Notes under the pieces: model-generated
Database searches by the model: none
What the model was told of the DNA's origin: nothing
What the model saw: the letters and a program-made list of their open reading frames with translations, nothing else
Part shown: positions 20,820 through 32,442 of the stretch, piece by piece
Layout of the letters: each line of letters starts with the position of its first letter
Position numbering within the stretch: position 1 is the first letter of the stretch
Program-made: the position numbers and the translations under genes
Source: an uncultured Actinomycetes bacterium
GTDB taxonomy: Bacteria > Actinomycetota > Thermoleophilia > Gaiellales > F1-60-MAGs149
Assembly: GCA_963732645.1 (NCBI GenBank)
Contig: CAVTAC010000002.1
Location: forward strand, 70,773-134,772
Reading direction: 5' to 3'
DNA length: 64,000 nucleotides

Positions 20820-22014
20820 ATGGATCTCGACACCACTCAGACACTACTCGGGCTTCACGAAGCGCGCGACCGGCTCTGCGCGGCAGGCGCACGCCTGGAG
20901 GCCGAGGACGTGGCCGTCGGCGAGCGCCCTCGGCCGGGTGCTCGCCGAGCCCCACCACGCGCTCGTCGACCTGCCCGGCTGGGACAACTCCGCCCTCGAC
21001 GGCTTCGCGCTGCGGGCGGCCGACTGCGGAGCGCGAGCTGCCCGTCGCGTTCGCCGTCTCGGCGGGCGACGATCCCGCGCCGCTGCCGCCCGGCGCGGCC
21101 GTGTCGATCGCCACCGGCGGCGTGCTGCCGGCGGGTGCCGACGCGGTCGTCGCGATCGAGGACGCGACGCTCGGACGGCGACGCGCATGCGCGCCGGCTC
21201 GGCCCGTCGCGGCCGGTGCCGGCGTCCGCCGTCGCGCCGCCGACATCGCCCGCGGCGCGCTGGTGGCCGACGGCGGCACGCCGCTGTCGGCGATCGCCGT
21301 CTCGTCGCTGGCCGCGGCCGGCCTCGGCCAGGTGCGCTGCACGCGCCGGCCGCGCGTGATCGTGCTGACCACCGGCGACGAGCTCGTGGCGCCCGGGTGC
21401 GCCGCTGCGCCGCGGCCAGGTGCACGACTCCAACTCGCTGCTGCTGGCCGGCTCGCTGACGTCGTTCGGCTGCGACGTCGAGCACGGCGGCCGCGTGCCC
21501 GACACCCGCGAGGAGACGGAGCGCCTGTTCGCCGGCGCGCTCGAGGCCGACCTGGTCGTCTCGAGCGGCGGCGTCTCGGTCGGGCCGCGCGACCACGTCA
21601 AGCCGGCGCTCGCCGCGCTCGGCGTGGAGGAGCTCTTCTGGCGCGTCGCGATCCAGCCGGGCAAGCCGGTCTGGGCCGGCCGCGCGCCGTCCGGCGCGAT
21701 CGTGCTCGGCCTGCCGGGCAACCCGCTGTCCGCCCTGGTCGGGCTGCACCTGCTGATCCGCCCGCTGGTCGGCGTGCTGCTCGGCATGGCGGCGACCGCC
21801 GGAGGTGTCGCTGCCGCTGGCGACGCCGGTGCGGCGGCTCGGCGCGGCGCACGCGGGCGCTGCCGGCGCGGCTCGAGGACGGCCGCATCCATCCGCTCGC
21901 CGACGCGTCGCACCAGATCGCCCGGGCCGCGGCGGCCGACGGGCTGGTGCTGGTCGAGGCCGGCGACGGGCGAGCTCGCCGCCGGCGCCGAGGCGACGTT
22001 CGTCGCCGCTCTGA
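20820..22014 (+). CDS. moeA: Molybdopterin molybdenumtransferase MoeA (frameshifts)
   Basis: GRVLAE, PGWDNSALDGFA, TTGDEL, DSN, SSGGVSVG..DHV, QPGKP, LPGNP. Confidence 0.92.
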
Positions 22015-22016
22015 GG

Positions 22017-22779
22017 CTAGACCGGCGTGGCCTTCGTCGCGCCGGGCACGGTGATCGTGACGAGGTCGGCGAACACGACCCAGCGCTGCGAGGCCGAGTA
22101 GAGCGGGTGACAGGCCGACAGCACGAGCTGCTCGTGGCCGACCTGCTTGATGATCGACCAGTCGTTGTTCTTGACGATCTTGTGGGCGCGCACCTGGTAG
22201 ACGAAGGTGCCGTACGGCATCTTCAGGGTGATCTTGTCGCCCTTCTTCAGGTTGTCGATGTTGCGGAACGGCGCGGAGAAGGTCGTGCGGTGGCCGGCCA
22301 CGCCGATGGTGGAGCCGCTGCCCGGGAAACGCCGTGTTGCCGTAGCGGCCCGGGCCCTTGGTGAGCGAGCCCCAGCGGTCGGTGCCCTCGACCAGGATCG
22401 TCGAGAGGCCCATGCCGGGGATGTTGAGGCGGCCGATCGGCGTGCCGAGCTGCTTCTCGTACTGCTTGGCGAACCGCTTCTGCAGGCGGTAGACGGTCTC
22501 GACCGCCTTCTCGGACTCCTTGTCCGCCTCGCTCACGACCGGCGCGTCGGGCACGGCGGGCGTGTCGATCGACGCCGCGACGGCCGCCTGCTCCTGGCGC
22601 GCGAGCGTGACGTACTGGCTCTCCTCCGCCTGCAGCTCGGAGCCGAGATTCCGCTGGCTGTAGATGGCGTAGAGGTCGGTGACCGGGTCGCGCCAGAACA
22701 CGACCGCGCCGGCGTAGGCGATCAGGAGCACGCCCGCGAACATGAGGAACGTGCCGAGTCTTCGACGGAACGTGCGCAT
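22017..22779 (-). CDS. Class E-type sortase (frameshift near 22325)
   Basis: N-terminal TM; KGPGRY, AGHRTT..APF, LSACHP..SASQRWVV. Confidence 0.92.
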
Positions 22780-22789
22780 CCCCCTCACC

Positions 22790-24533
22790 TTACGCGACGC
22801 GTCGTTGCGGGACGATGAACCTTGCAGCAAGAATTGATGCAGCCGCGAGCGTCACGGCGGCCCCGATCGCGGCCCCGATCGGCATCCGGCCGTCGCTGAT
22901 CAGGCGGACCGCCTCGCCGGCGTCGAGGCCCGCGCCGAGGGTGATCAGGATCGCGGGCACGACGAGCGGCGCGAGGATCACGATCGCGCGCACGACGGCG
23001 CCGCCGCGGGTGACCCGCTCGAGCAGCACCCAGGCGTGCAGTGCCGGCACCAGCAGCAGGCCGGCGGCGGGCAGCGCCGCGATCGCCAGTGCGGCGCCGG
23101 CGCAGCCGCAGACCAGCGCCGCCGTGACGGCCACGATCGCCCGCACGGCCGGGTCGCCGGCGGGCACGCGCGGCGGCGCGGGCACCAGGCGGCTCGCGCG
23201 CCAGGCCGAGCGGCGGCGCCCGCGAGCACGAGCAGCGTACGCCGCGAGCGCCGACGCCGCTGCCCTCGCCGGGGAACGGGTAGGCGGACGGGCTGGAGGG
23301 GGCGGCGCCGGTGAGCCCCGCCAGCAGCGCGCCGAGCGCGGCCCCGGCCAGCGGCAGGGCCAGCCGGGCGACGCGGAACAGCTCGTCGCGCAGGGGCAGG
23401 CGCTCGCGCATCGCCCGCCCGGTCAGGTCGATGGCGACCAGCCCGGGCGGCACCAGCAGTGCCACGGCCAGCAGCGCGATCACCCAGCCCGACAGCACGC
23501 GTGCTGCCGGCGCGGACGTAGCTGCCGCTCGGCCCGGCCGGGGCGGCGCCGGCGTCGAGGGCGAGCACCAGGTCGTTGACGGCCTGCGACGTGCGCGAGA
23601 AGCGGTCGGCGTCGGGCGACGAGTCGCTCGACGCGCGCGGGTCCTCGCCGATCGTGATCGACGGGATGTTGCGGCCGATGAACGGCGCCTGCCCGCCGGG
23701 CGCGCGCGGCGGCGCGACGAGCTCGGCCAGCTCGTGCAGGAAGCGCGGCCGGGCGATGGTGCCGCCGCCGGCCGCCGCCAGCACCTGCGTCGACGCCCTC
23801 GGCGAAGCCGGCCGGCGCGCGGTCGCGGCCGTCGCCCCGGTCGGCGACCGGGATCGGCGCCGGGCGGAGCGATGCCCTGCACCGCGATCGCCGCGACCGG
23901 GTTCAGCGCCGCGCGGCAGGCGCGTCCACCAGGCGCCGCGCCCCGGCGTCGCCGGCGGCGCCGCCGTCGACCGACGCGAGCACCAGCGTGCGGGCGTTGC
24001 GCTGGTCGGCGAAGGCCGCCGCCAGCTCGACGACGACGGCGCGTGCCGAGCGCGCTGTTGGCCGCATCGGCTCCGGGCGGCACGTTGTCGCGGTGGGCGA
24101 AGCACGATGATCGCCTCGTTCGACTCGCCCCGCAGGATCGGTGACGATGTTGCGCATCGTCGCCTGCTCGCCGTTGCGGGCCGTCGCCCGTGAAGGTGTC
24201 GACCGCCGGCGTCGCGCCGACGTCGGTGAAGGCCTGCGCGACGACGCCGGCGGCGAGGTCGGCGCGTCTCCGAGCCGGCCGTGCGGTCGGGGACGTCGGC
24301 GATGCTCTCCGGCCAGCGTCAGAGCCCGATCGGCGTTGAAGGTCGGCGGCGCGTCGGGCGCCAGATCGATGCCCGCCGGGGCGTGCAGGCCGACCAGCGC
24401 GATCAGCAGCGCGACGCCCGGAACGACCAGTCCGGCCACGTACAGCCGGCCGGAGACCAGCGTCTGCGCGTCCCTGCCGGCGGCGGCGCGGCTGACGCCT
24501 TCGCGCTGATCGATCGCGGGGGGCTCTGTCCAC
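22790..24533 (-). CDS. Polytopic membrane protein with degenerate M28 peptidase-like ectodomain (many frameshifts)
   Basis: TM1, then FNADRA, NIV, AHRD, VVELA, LVLASVDGG; many C-terminal TM helices. Confidence 0.6.
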
Positions 24534-24560
24534 TCGACCGGCTGACGGTAGCATTCGGGC

Positions 24561-25259
24561 GTGGCCGACCAGCCCGTGGTTCTCGTGATCGACGACGAGG
24601 ACTCCATCCAGAAGCTCCTGAACGCCGCCCTCGAACGGGACGGCTACCGCATCGTCGGCGCGCGTGACGCCGCCGACGGCCTGCTCGCATTCGAGCGCGA
24701 GCAGCCCGACGTGATCCTGCTCGACGTGATGCTGCCCGACCTGTCGGGCCGCGAGGTGTGCCGGCGCATCCGCGCCACCTCGGCCGTGCCGATCATCATG
24801 CTGTCGGCCCTCGACGAGGAGGTCGACAAGGTCGTCGGCCTGGAGCTCGGCGCCGACGACTACATCACGAAGCCGTTCGGCATGCGCGAGCTGCGCAGCC
24901 GCGTGCGGGCGGTGCTGCGGCGCTCGCAGCTGGCGGCGGCCACGCCGGAGACCGACGGCGAGCGCCTCGAGGTGGGCGACGTGCTGCTCGACCCGGCGCG
25001 GCGCATCGTGACGGTCGACGACGCGACCGTCGACCTCACCTACGTCGAGTTCGAGCTGCTGCAGATGCTGATGTCGAGCCCGGGCCGGGTGTTCTCGCGC
25101 TCGCAGCTGCTCGACGGCGTCTGGGGCTCGTCCGACTTCCGCGAGCCGCGCACCGTCGACGTGCACGTCCGGCACCTGCGCGAGAAGCTCGAGCCGACGC
25201 CGAGCGAGCCGCGGTACATCCAGACGGTGCGCGGCGTCGGCTATCGCTTCGCTGACTGA
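24561..25259 (+). CDS. OmpR/PhoB-family response regulator
   Basis: VIDDE, LLDVMLP, GADDYITKPF, RTVDVHV, TVRGVGY. Confidence 0.96.
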   Translation: MADQPVVLVIDDEDSIQKLLNAALERDGYRIVGARDAADGLLAFEREQPDVILLDVMLPDLSGREVCRRIRATSAVPIIMLSALDEEVDKVVGLELGADDYITKPFGMRELRSRVRAVLRRSQLAAATPETDGERLEVGDVLLDPARRIVTVDDATVDLTYVEFELLQMLMSSPGRVFSRSQLLDGVWGSSDFREPRTVDVHVRHLREKLEPTPSEPRYIQTVRGVGYRFAD

Positions 25260-26694
25260 TGCCCTCGGTCGCCGCGATCATCTTCCCGTTCCGGCGGCTC
25301 GCGATCTGGCTGTCGGTGCTGGTGCTCGCGGTCGCGGCGCTGGCGCTCGGCATCACCGCCCTGCTGGTCGTGCCGTCGCTGCGGGACAACCTCGTCAACG
25401 CGCGCGTCGCCGAGATCGACCGCAGCGCGAAGGCCAACCTCCAGCTGTTCCTGAACCCGGCCGAGCTCGGGATGACCGACGCCGTCACGGCCTACGAGCG
25501 GCTGACCGGCAACCGGGTCGTCGTGCTCGCCACGCTCAACGACCGCGGCGACTTCCTGCAGGTGGCCGGCAACGTGCCCGACGTGACCGACCGACCCGCT
25601 CGCCCAGGAGGCGCGGATCCGAAGGGCCGCTGTCGCGGGCGGTGCGGTCGGGCAAGCGGTTCGCGGCCGAGGCGGCGATTCCGATCGGGCCGACGTCGGA
25701 GACCGACGGCCGCCAGGTCGTCCTGCTCTTCATGTCGTCGCTGAACGACGTCGACCGGACGGTCGACACGGTGCAGCGCGACGTGCTGATCGCGGTCGCC
25801 ATCGCGCTGCCCGCCAGCTGGCTGGTCGGGCTGCTGGCGGCGTTCGCCCTGGCGGCGCGGATCCGCCGGCTGGAGCGCGCGACGCGCCGGATCGCCGCCG
25901 GCAACCTGGCGACGCCGGTCACGGACGACGGCCGCGACGAGATCCACGAGCTGGCCCGCGCGTTCGACGACATGCGCCGCCGGCTGGAGCGCACCGACCG
26001 CGCGCGCCGCGAGTTCATCGCCAACGCCTCGCACGAGCTGCGCACGCCGCTGTTCGCGCTGGGCGGCTTCCTCGAGCTGCTGGAGGACGAGGAGGATCCC
26101 GTCGCGCGCCGCGAGTTCGTCGCCACCATGCACGGCCAGGTGTCGCGGCTGACCCGCCTCGCCACCGACCTGCTCGACCTGTCGCGCCTCGACGCGGGCG
26201 GCGTGGTCAGGTGGCGCGCGACGAGGTCGACATCGCCGGCGTCGCGGCGCTGGCGGCGCAGGACTTCGCCGCCACGGCCGAGCAGCGCGGCAGCTCGGTC
26301 ACCGCCGCGGGCGCCTCGTCCGCGGTCGCGATCGGCGACGAGGCGCGGGTCGCGCAGATCGCCCGCGTGCTGGTGGACAACGCGCTGCGCCACAACCCGC
26401 CGGGCGTCGAGGTGACCGTCACGGTGCAGGAGGCGAACGGCAACGTCGAGCTGGTCGTGGCCGACGACGGGCCGCCGATCGAACCGTCGACCGCCGAGCG
26501 GCTGTTCGACCGGTTCTTCCGCGGGCCGAGCGGCGGCGAGGGCTCGGGCCTCGGCCTCGCGATCGCCAACGAGCTCGCGCAGCGGATGGAGGGCGAGCTC
26601 GTGCTCGACCAGCGCGCGGGCCGTCCGGGCAAGGCGTTCCGCCTGACGCTGCCCGGGGGCCCTGCACCTGGCGCCGACTATGCTGGGGGCATGA
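25259..26694 (+). CDS. HAMP sensor histidine kinase (frameshifts)
   Basis: Two TMs, HAMP, ANASHELRTPL, LVDNALRH, GSGLGLAIA. Confidence 0.92.
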
Positions 26695-27903
26695 GCCGCG
26701 GCTGGATCGTGACCCTCGCGGCCGCCTTCGGAGCGGGTCTCGCGGGTGGCGGAGTCGCCGTGCTGGCGGGCTCGGTCGACCGACCGGACGACGACCGTGA
26801 CGGTCGCCGCCGCACCGGCCGGATCGACGCCGGCGCCCGCCGTCACGGCCGCCGTCGCCCGCGTCTCGGCCGGCGGCTTCGACGCGCCGGCCATCTACGA
26901 GGCGGCGTCCGCCGGGCGTGGTCACCATCAGCGCCGTCGTCGGCGGCGACGCCGTCGACGGCTCCGGCTTCGTGGTCTCGTCCGACGGCCACGTGCGTCA
27001 CGAACGCGCACGTGGTCACCGACTCGCCCGACCACGGCACCGACTCGAGCGACGAGGTCAAGGCCGGTCGCGACTTCTTCGTCCACTTCCAGGACGGCAA
27101 CGCGCTGCCCGCCAAGCTGGTCGGATTCGACCTGTTCGACGACGTCGCGGTCCTGAAGGTCGACCCGGCGCGCGAGCCGCTGACCGTGCTGCAGTTCGGC
27201 CGCGCCCGCCAGCTGAAGGTGGGCGACCCGCTGGCCGTGATCGGCTCGCCGTTCGGCGAGGAGCAGGAGCAGTCGCTGTCGGTCGGCGTGGTCGCGGCGC
27301 TGAACCGCGAGATCGACGCGCCCGCCACCGACTTCACGACGCCGGGCATCATCCAGACCGACGCCGCCATCAACCACGGCAACTCGGGCGGGCCCGTGCT
27401 CGACAGCGGCGGCCGCGTGGTCGGCGTCGCCTCGCAGATCCTCACCGACGGCAACGACGACGCCTGGACGGGCATCGGCTTCGCCGTGCCGGCCGAGGCG
27501 GTCGAGCGGTCGTACAGGGAGCTCGTCGACCACGGCCGGGTCAGCTACGCCTGGCTCGGCGTCGCCACGCGGCCGCTCAGCCGCGAGCTGGCCCGCACGT
27601 TCAAGCTGCCGGTCGGCGAGGGGCTGCTCGTGAACGGCGTCACGGCCGGCGGCCCGGCCGCCGCCGCCGGGCCTGACGGCGGGCTCGCGGACGGCCGAGT
27701 TCCAGGACGACGGCACCGTGCATCCGGACGGCGACATCCTCGTCTCGTTCGACGGCGAGCAGGTGCGCACGCCGGCCGAGCTGGGCGCCATGGTGGCCCT
27801 GGCCGAGCCGGGCTCCGTCGTGCCCGTCGAGATCTACCGCGCCGGCAAGCGCCGCACGGTCCAGGTCACGCTGGGCAACCGCCCCGCGCGGCTCCCGGGG
27901 TAG
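26691..27903 (+). CDS. htrA: HtrA/DegP serine protease with PDZ domain (frameshifts)
   Basis: GSGFVV, TNAHVV, DVAVLKV, IQTDAAINHGNSGGP, PDZ. Confidence 0.92.
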
Positions 27904-27928
27904 GTTCGCTCCTGTAGGCTCCTCCGCC

Positions 27929-29397
27929 ATGCGGGACGCCCGCCGACGACTGGTGATCGCCTCGAACCGGGGGCCGATCGTCTACGGCCGGAGCGGCGGT
28001 CTGCGCACGGCCCGGCGGGGCGGCGGCGGGCTCGTGACGGCGCTCTCGGGCCTGGTCGCGAGCCAGGACGTGACGTGGGTGGCGGCGGCGATCTCCGACG
28101 AGGACGACGCGGTCGCCGAGGAGCACGACGGCAGCTTCGAGGAGACCGACCGGGCCGGCAACACCGTTCCAGCTGCGGCTCGTGCGCCTCGACCGCGCCG
28201 ACTACGACCGCTACTACAACGTGTTCGCGAACCCGCTGCTGTGGTTCATCCAGCACGGCCTGTGGAACCGGCCGTACGCGCCCGAGATGAGCGCCGCGAC
28301 GCGCGCCGCGTGGGAGTCGTACCGGCGCGTCAACGAGGCGTTCGCGGCGGCGGTGGCCGACGAGTGCGACAGCCGCCGACGCCGTGCTCGTGCACGACTA
28401 CCAGCTGTACCTCGTGCCGCGCATGCTGCGCGACCGCGGGCGTCCGCGCACCGCTGTCGCACTTCACGCACATCCCGTGGCCCGGCCCCGACGCCTGGCG
28501 CGCTGCTGACGTCCGACATGCGCACCGGCCTGCTCGAGGGCCTGCTCGGCGCCGACGTGATCGGCTTCCACACGAACCGCTCCGTCCGCGCGTTCCTGGC
28601 CACCGCCGAGGAGTACGTGGGCGAGGCGTTCGTCGACCACGTGCGGCCGCGGGTGACGCTGCGCGAGGCCGTCACCCACGTGCGGGCGTACCCGATCTCG
28701 GTCGATCCGGACGAGTTCCGGGCGCTGGCGGCGGAGGACGCCGTCACCGAGGCCGAGGCGCGTCTGGTGGCCGACCGGCCGGAGAAGCTGGTGCTGCGCG
28801 TCGATCGCACCGACCCGTCGAAGAACGTCGTCCGCGGCTTCCACGCGTTCGCCCGGTTCCTCGCCCGTCATCCCGAGTGGCACGGCAGGGTGCGGATGCT
28901 CGCGCTACTGGATCCGTCCAGGCAGGAGATACCCGATTATGCGGAGTACGTTGGAGCGATCCACCGTGCCGCGCGCGAGGTGAATGACCAGTTCTCCGAC
29001 CCGGGGTGGACTCCCATCGATCTCCGGGTGTCCGACAACTTCGCCCAGGCGCTCGCCGCCTACAAGCAGTACGACGTCCTCCTCGTCAACGCCATCGTCG
29101 ACGGAATGAACCTGATTGCGAAGGAAGCTCCCCTCGTGAACGAACGCGCAGGCGTGCTGATCCTGTCCGAGAACGCCGGCGCGCACGAGGAGCTCGGCGC
29201 GTTCGCCCTGTCGGTCAACCCCTTCGACCTCGAGGGGACGGCCGACGCGATCGAGGAGGCGCTGACGATGCCCGATTCCGAACGCGCTGCGTCGCGCGGA
29301 GGGCATTCGCGAGCAGGTGCGCGAACACGACGTGCGGGCCTGGATGACCGACCAGCTGGCCGATCTCGACTCGATCGTAGAGGGGAGTGCGCGTTGA
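27929..29397 (+). CDS. otsA: Trehalose-6-phosphate synthase (GT20; frameshifts)
   Basis: SNRGP, GGGGLVTAL, HDYQL, HIPWP, RVDRTDPSKN, DGMNLIAKE, LSENAGA. Confidence 0.88.
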
Positions 29398-30221
29398 GCG
29401 ACTCGATGCTGATCGTCGCCGCGCTGAACGGCACTCGCTCGCGGCTGGAGTGCCCGAAGGTGCCGCTCACCGCCGAGGACCTCGCGACCGAGGCGAAGCG
29501 GGCGGTCGAAGCGGGCGCGGGACTGGTGCACGTCCACGCGCGCAAGAAGGACGGCCTGCCGGCCTTCGACCTGTTCATCGAGGACGTCGTCAAGGCGATC
29601 CGCGGCAAGGTCGACGTGCCGATCTCGATCTCCACGCAACGCACCCGGTCGATCTCGCTCGGCACGGTCACCGCCATCTTCGACGTGCTGCGCGAGCTGC
29701 CCGACCTCGCGACCGTCGGCGTGCGCGCGCCCGAGCCCGACCAGCCCTCGCATCGCGAGGAGGCGCGGCAGATCCTCGAGGCCTGCGAGAAGGCCGGCGT
29801 GCGGCCCGAGCCGGTCGCCATCGGCGTCGACTCGCTGGGCGACTTCGAGACGCTCTACAACGACTCGCTGCTGTCGAAGGCGCCGTACATCGTGGCCGAG
29901 CTGGGCCCGTCCGACGGTCGCGGCTCCGACCGGATGGCCGGCACGCCGCACAACGTCCTGCGGCTGGCCGATGCGTGCCGCGCGACCTTCTCGCGGTTCG
30001 ACGTCGTGATGTCGGGCCAGGACGAGGCGAGCCCGATCGCCCAGGCCGTCGCGGCCGCCGCGGGGCACCACGTGCGCTGCGGGTTCCAGGACGCCGCCAC
30101 GATGCCGGACGGCGGCGAGGCCACGTCGAACGCGCAGCTGGTCGAGATGGCGGTCCGCCTCGCCGAGGCCGTCGGGCGCCACCCGATGGAGCCCGACGAC
30201 GTGCGCGCCATGCTCCGCTGA
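29394..30221 (+). CDS. BKACE/DUF849 (3-keto-5-aminohexanoate cleavage) family protein
   Basis: AALNG, VPLTAEDLA..A..AVEAGA..VHVHAR, HVRCGFQD, SNAQLVE. Confidence 0.85.
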   Translation: MSDSMLIVAALNGTRSRLECPKVPLTAEDLATEAKRAVEAGAGLVHVHARKKDGLPAFDLFIEDVVKAIRGKVDVPISISTQRTRSISLGTVTAIFDVLRELPDLATVGVRAPEPDQPSHREEARQILEACEKAGVRPEPVAIGVDSLGDFETLYNDSLLSKAPYIVAELGPSDGRGSDRMAGTPHNVLRLADACRATFSRFDVVMSGQDEASPIAQAVAAAAGHHVRCGFQDAATMPDGGEATSNAQLVEMAVRLAEAVGRHPMEPDDVRAMLR

Positions 30222-30319
30222 GGCGTCCGGCGCCCCCCGCCGCGCGTGCTCGGAACGCCTAGCGGCCCTTCCGTGTCCGCCGTGTGACGCTCCGCGTCCA
30301 CTCCCGCGCGGTCCGTGCC

Positions 30320-30440
30320 AACGCGCGCGCTCCGTCGCGCTTCCGCGCGGAAGCGTTCTGGGGTCAGACCCCAGCGAGGCGGTTTTCGGGGTCAGACCCC
30401 GCACATGGAGGGCGCACGCAAGCGCGCGGAAGTCGCACCG
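30320..30440 (+). repeat. REP-doublet-like element with two GGGGTCAGACCCC palindromes (copy 1)
   Basis: CTGGGGTCAGACCCCAG 30358-30374 and CGGGGTCAGACCCCG 30387-30401; homologous inverted copy near 60490-60610. Confidence 0.85.
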
Positions 30441-30496
30441 CGGGCCGGACGGCGGAGCCGATCGTTTTCCGGGGGCGGGATAGACTGGATGGTGGT

Positions 30497-31041
30497 ATGC
30501 GCCGCGCTCTTCTCGTCGTCGTCTTGGCCGCGGTGGTCAGCGGGGTAGCCGGGCTGCTCGTGGTCGGGCTGATGCACCAGGACGACGTCACGGCGGCCTC
30601 CACGTCGCCGCTCGACGCCGGTGCAGCTGAAGGCGGGCACGCCGGCGCCGCCGATCCAGGGCGACGCGCTGGACGGCTCCGGCACGCTCGACCTGGCGAC
30701 GTACAAGGGTCGCCCGGTGGTCGTCAACTTCTGGGCCTCGTGGTGCGGCCCGTGCCGCACCGAGGCGCCGGAGCTGGTCGCCTTCTCGAAGGCGCACCCC
30801 GACGTGCAGATGCTGTCGGTGAACACCAACGATCAGTCGCATGACGCCGCCGTGGCGTTCGCCGCGGAAGTCGGGCTGGGTGTGGCCGAGCGTGTTCGAT
30901 CCGTCGGCCGACATCCAGCACGCATGGGGCGTCGGCGGTCTGCCGGCCACGTTCCTCGTCGATGCCGACGGCAAGCTGCGGGCCCGCAAGCTGGGCGCCA
31001 CGACGCAGGCCGAGCTCGCCTCGCTGGTGGCCGGGCTGTGA
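30497..31041 (+). CDS. TlpA/ResA thiol-disulfide oxidoreductase (frameshifts)
   Basis: N-terminal TM; VVNFWASWCGPCRTEAP; GLPATF. Confidence 0.9.
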
Positions 31042-31755
31042 TCGCTCGCGGCGATCTCGCTCTCGCCGGTCGGGCTGGCGACGGCCTTCGCGGCCGGCTT
31101 CGCGTCGTTCGTGTCGCCGTGCGTGCTGCCGCTCGTGCCCGCGTACCTGTCGTTCGTCTCCGGCGTCGGCTACGGCGACCTGCAGCAGAACACGCGCCGG
31201 GTGACGATGGCCACCGCGATGTTCGTCCTCGGCTTCACGATCGTCTTCTCGGCCTACGGCGCCGGCGTCGGCTGGGCCGGCTCGCTGCTGAACGACTACC
31301 GGCGCTCGCTGGAGCTGATCGGCGGCTTCCTGATGATCCTGATGGGCCTGGCGCTGATCGGGTTCGCGTCGCGGGTGTTCGGACGCGAGTACGGCCTGCA
31401 CTGGAAGCCCGGCAGGGCGTCGTTCACCGGCGCGCTGCTGACCGGCGCGGCCTTCGCGATCGGCTGGACGCCGTGCATCGGGCCGGTGCTGTCGGCGATC
31501 CTCACGTTCGCCGCCCAGTCCGGGCCGGCCGAGGGCGCCGCGCTGCTCATCGCCTACTCGCTCGGTCTCGGCGTGCCGTTCCTGATCTGCGGCCTCGCCA
31601 CCTCGTCGACGCTCTCGGTGCTCGGCGTCTTCAAGCGGCACGGCGCGCTCGTGAACCGCATCGGCGGCGTCGTCCTGGTCGGCGCCGGCATCCTCCTCGC
31701 GACGGGCGAGATGACCCGGATCACCGCCGAGCTGGGAGCAGATTGGAACTTCTAG
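31038..31755 (+). CDS. ccdA: Cytochrome c biogenesis protein CcdA
   Basis: SFVSPCVLPLVPAYLS, GWTPCIGPVL, YSLGLGVPF. Confidence 0.92.
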
Positions 31756-32442
31756 CCGGCCCGCCGCCGCGCGCGGCCCTCTTCGACTTCAACGGCACGA
31801 TCTCGCTGGACGAGCCGATCCTCGACCGGCTGTTCCAGGAGGCGTTCGCCGGCATCGGCATCGAGCTCACGTCGGACGTAGTACTACGCCGAGCTGTCGG
31901 GCCTGTCCGATCCCGAGATCGTGGTGCGCGCGCTCGAGCTGCACGGCCGCACGGCCGAGCCGGAGCTGTGCGACCAGCTGCTGCGCGCGAAGATCGACCG
32001 GTACAAGGCGGTCGTGCTGGAGGAGCCGACGGTGCCGCCCGACGTGCTCGCCTTCGTGCGCGCCGTCGCCGAGCGCGTGCCGGTCGCGATCGGGTCGGGC
32101 GCGGTGCGCGAGGAGATCGTCCACGTGCTCGACCAGCACGGGCTGCGCGACCTGTTCGGCGTGCTGGTCTGCATCGACGACGTCGAGCACGGCAAGCCCG
32201 ATCCGGAGACCTATCTGCGCTGCCTGGCGGCGCTGCGGGAGCGCCATCCCGGGCTGGGCCCGGAGGACTGCGTGGTGTTCGAGGACTCGCGGTTCGGCAT
32301 CGCCTCCGCCCACGCGGCCGGCATGCGGTGCGTCGCCGTCCACACCTCGGGCGAGCTGGTCGGGCTTGCAGCGGCCGATCTGGTCGTGCAAGGTCTCACC
32401 CGCGAGCTCGCGCTCGGGTTGTTCGGAACGGAGGGTGGATGA
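31743..32442 (+). CDS. HAD-family phosphatase (beta-PGM/CbbY-like; frameshift near 31880)
   Basis: LFDFNGTI, GKPDPE.Y, VFEDS..GI.SA.AAGM. Confidence 0.88.

Noticed and set aside
26211-27917. Histidine kinase-HtrA fusion
   Set aside because: An ATGA overlap at 26691, a leaderless -10 before it and a G-run just upstream point to an indel artefact.
28182-30221. OtsA-BKACE fusion (679-aa ORF)
   Set aside because: The natural OtsA C-terminus (IREQVREHDVRAWMTDQL..) is in another frame and stops at 29397.
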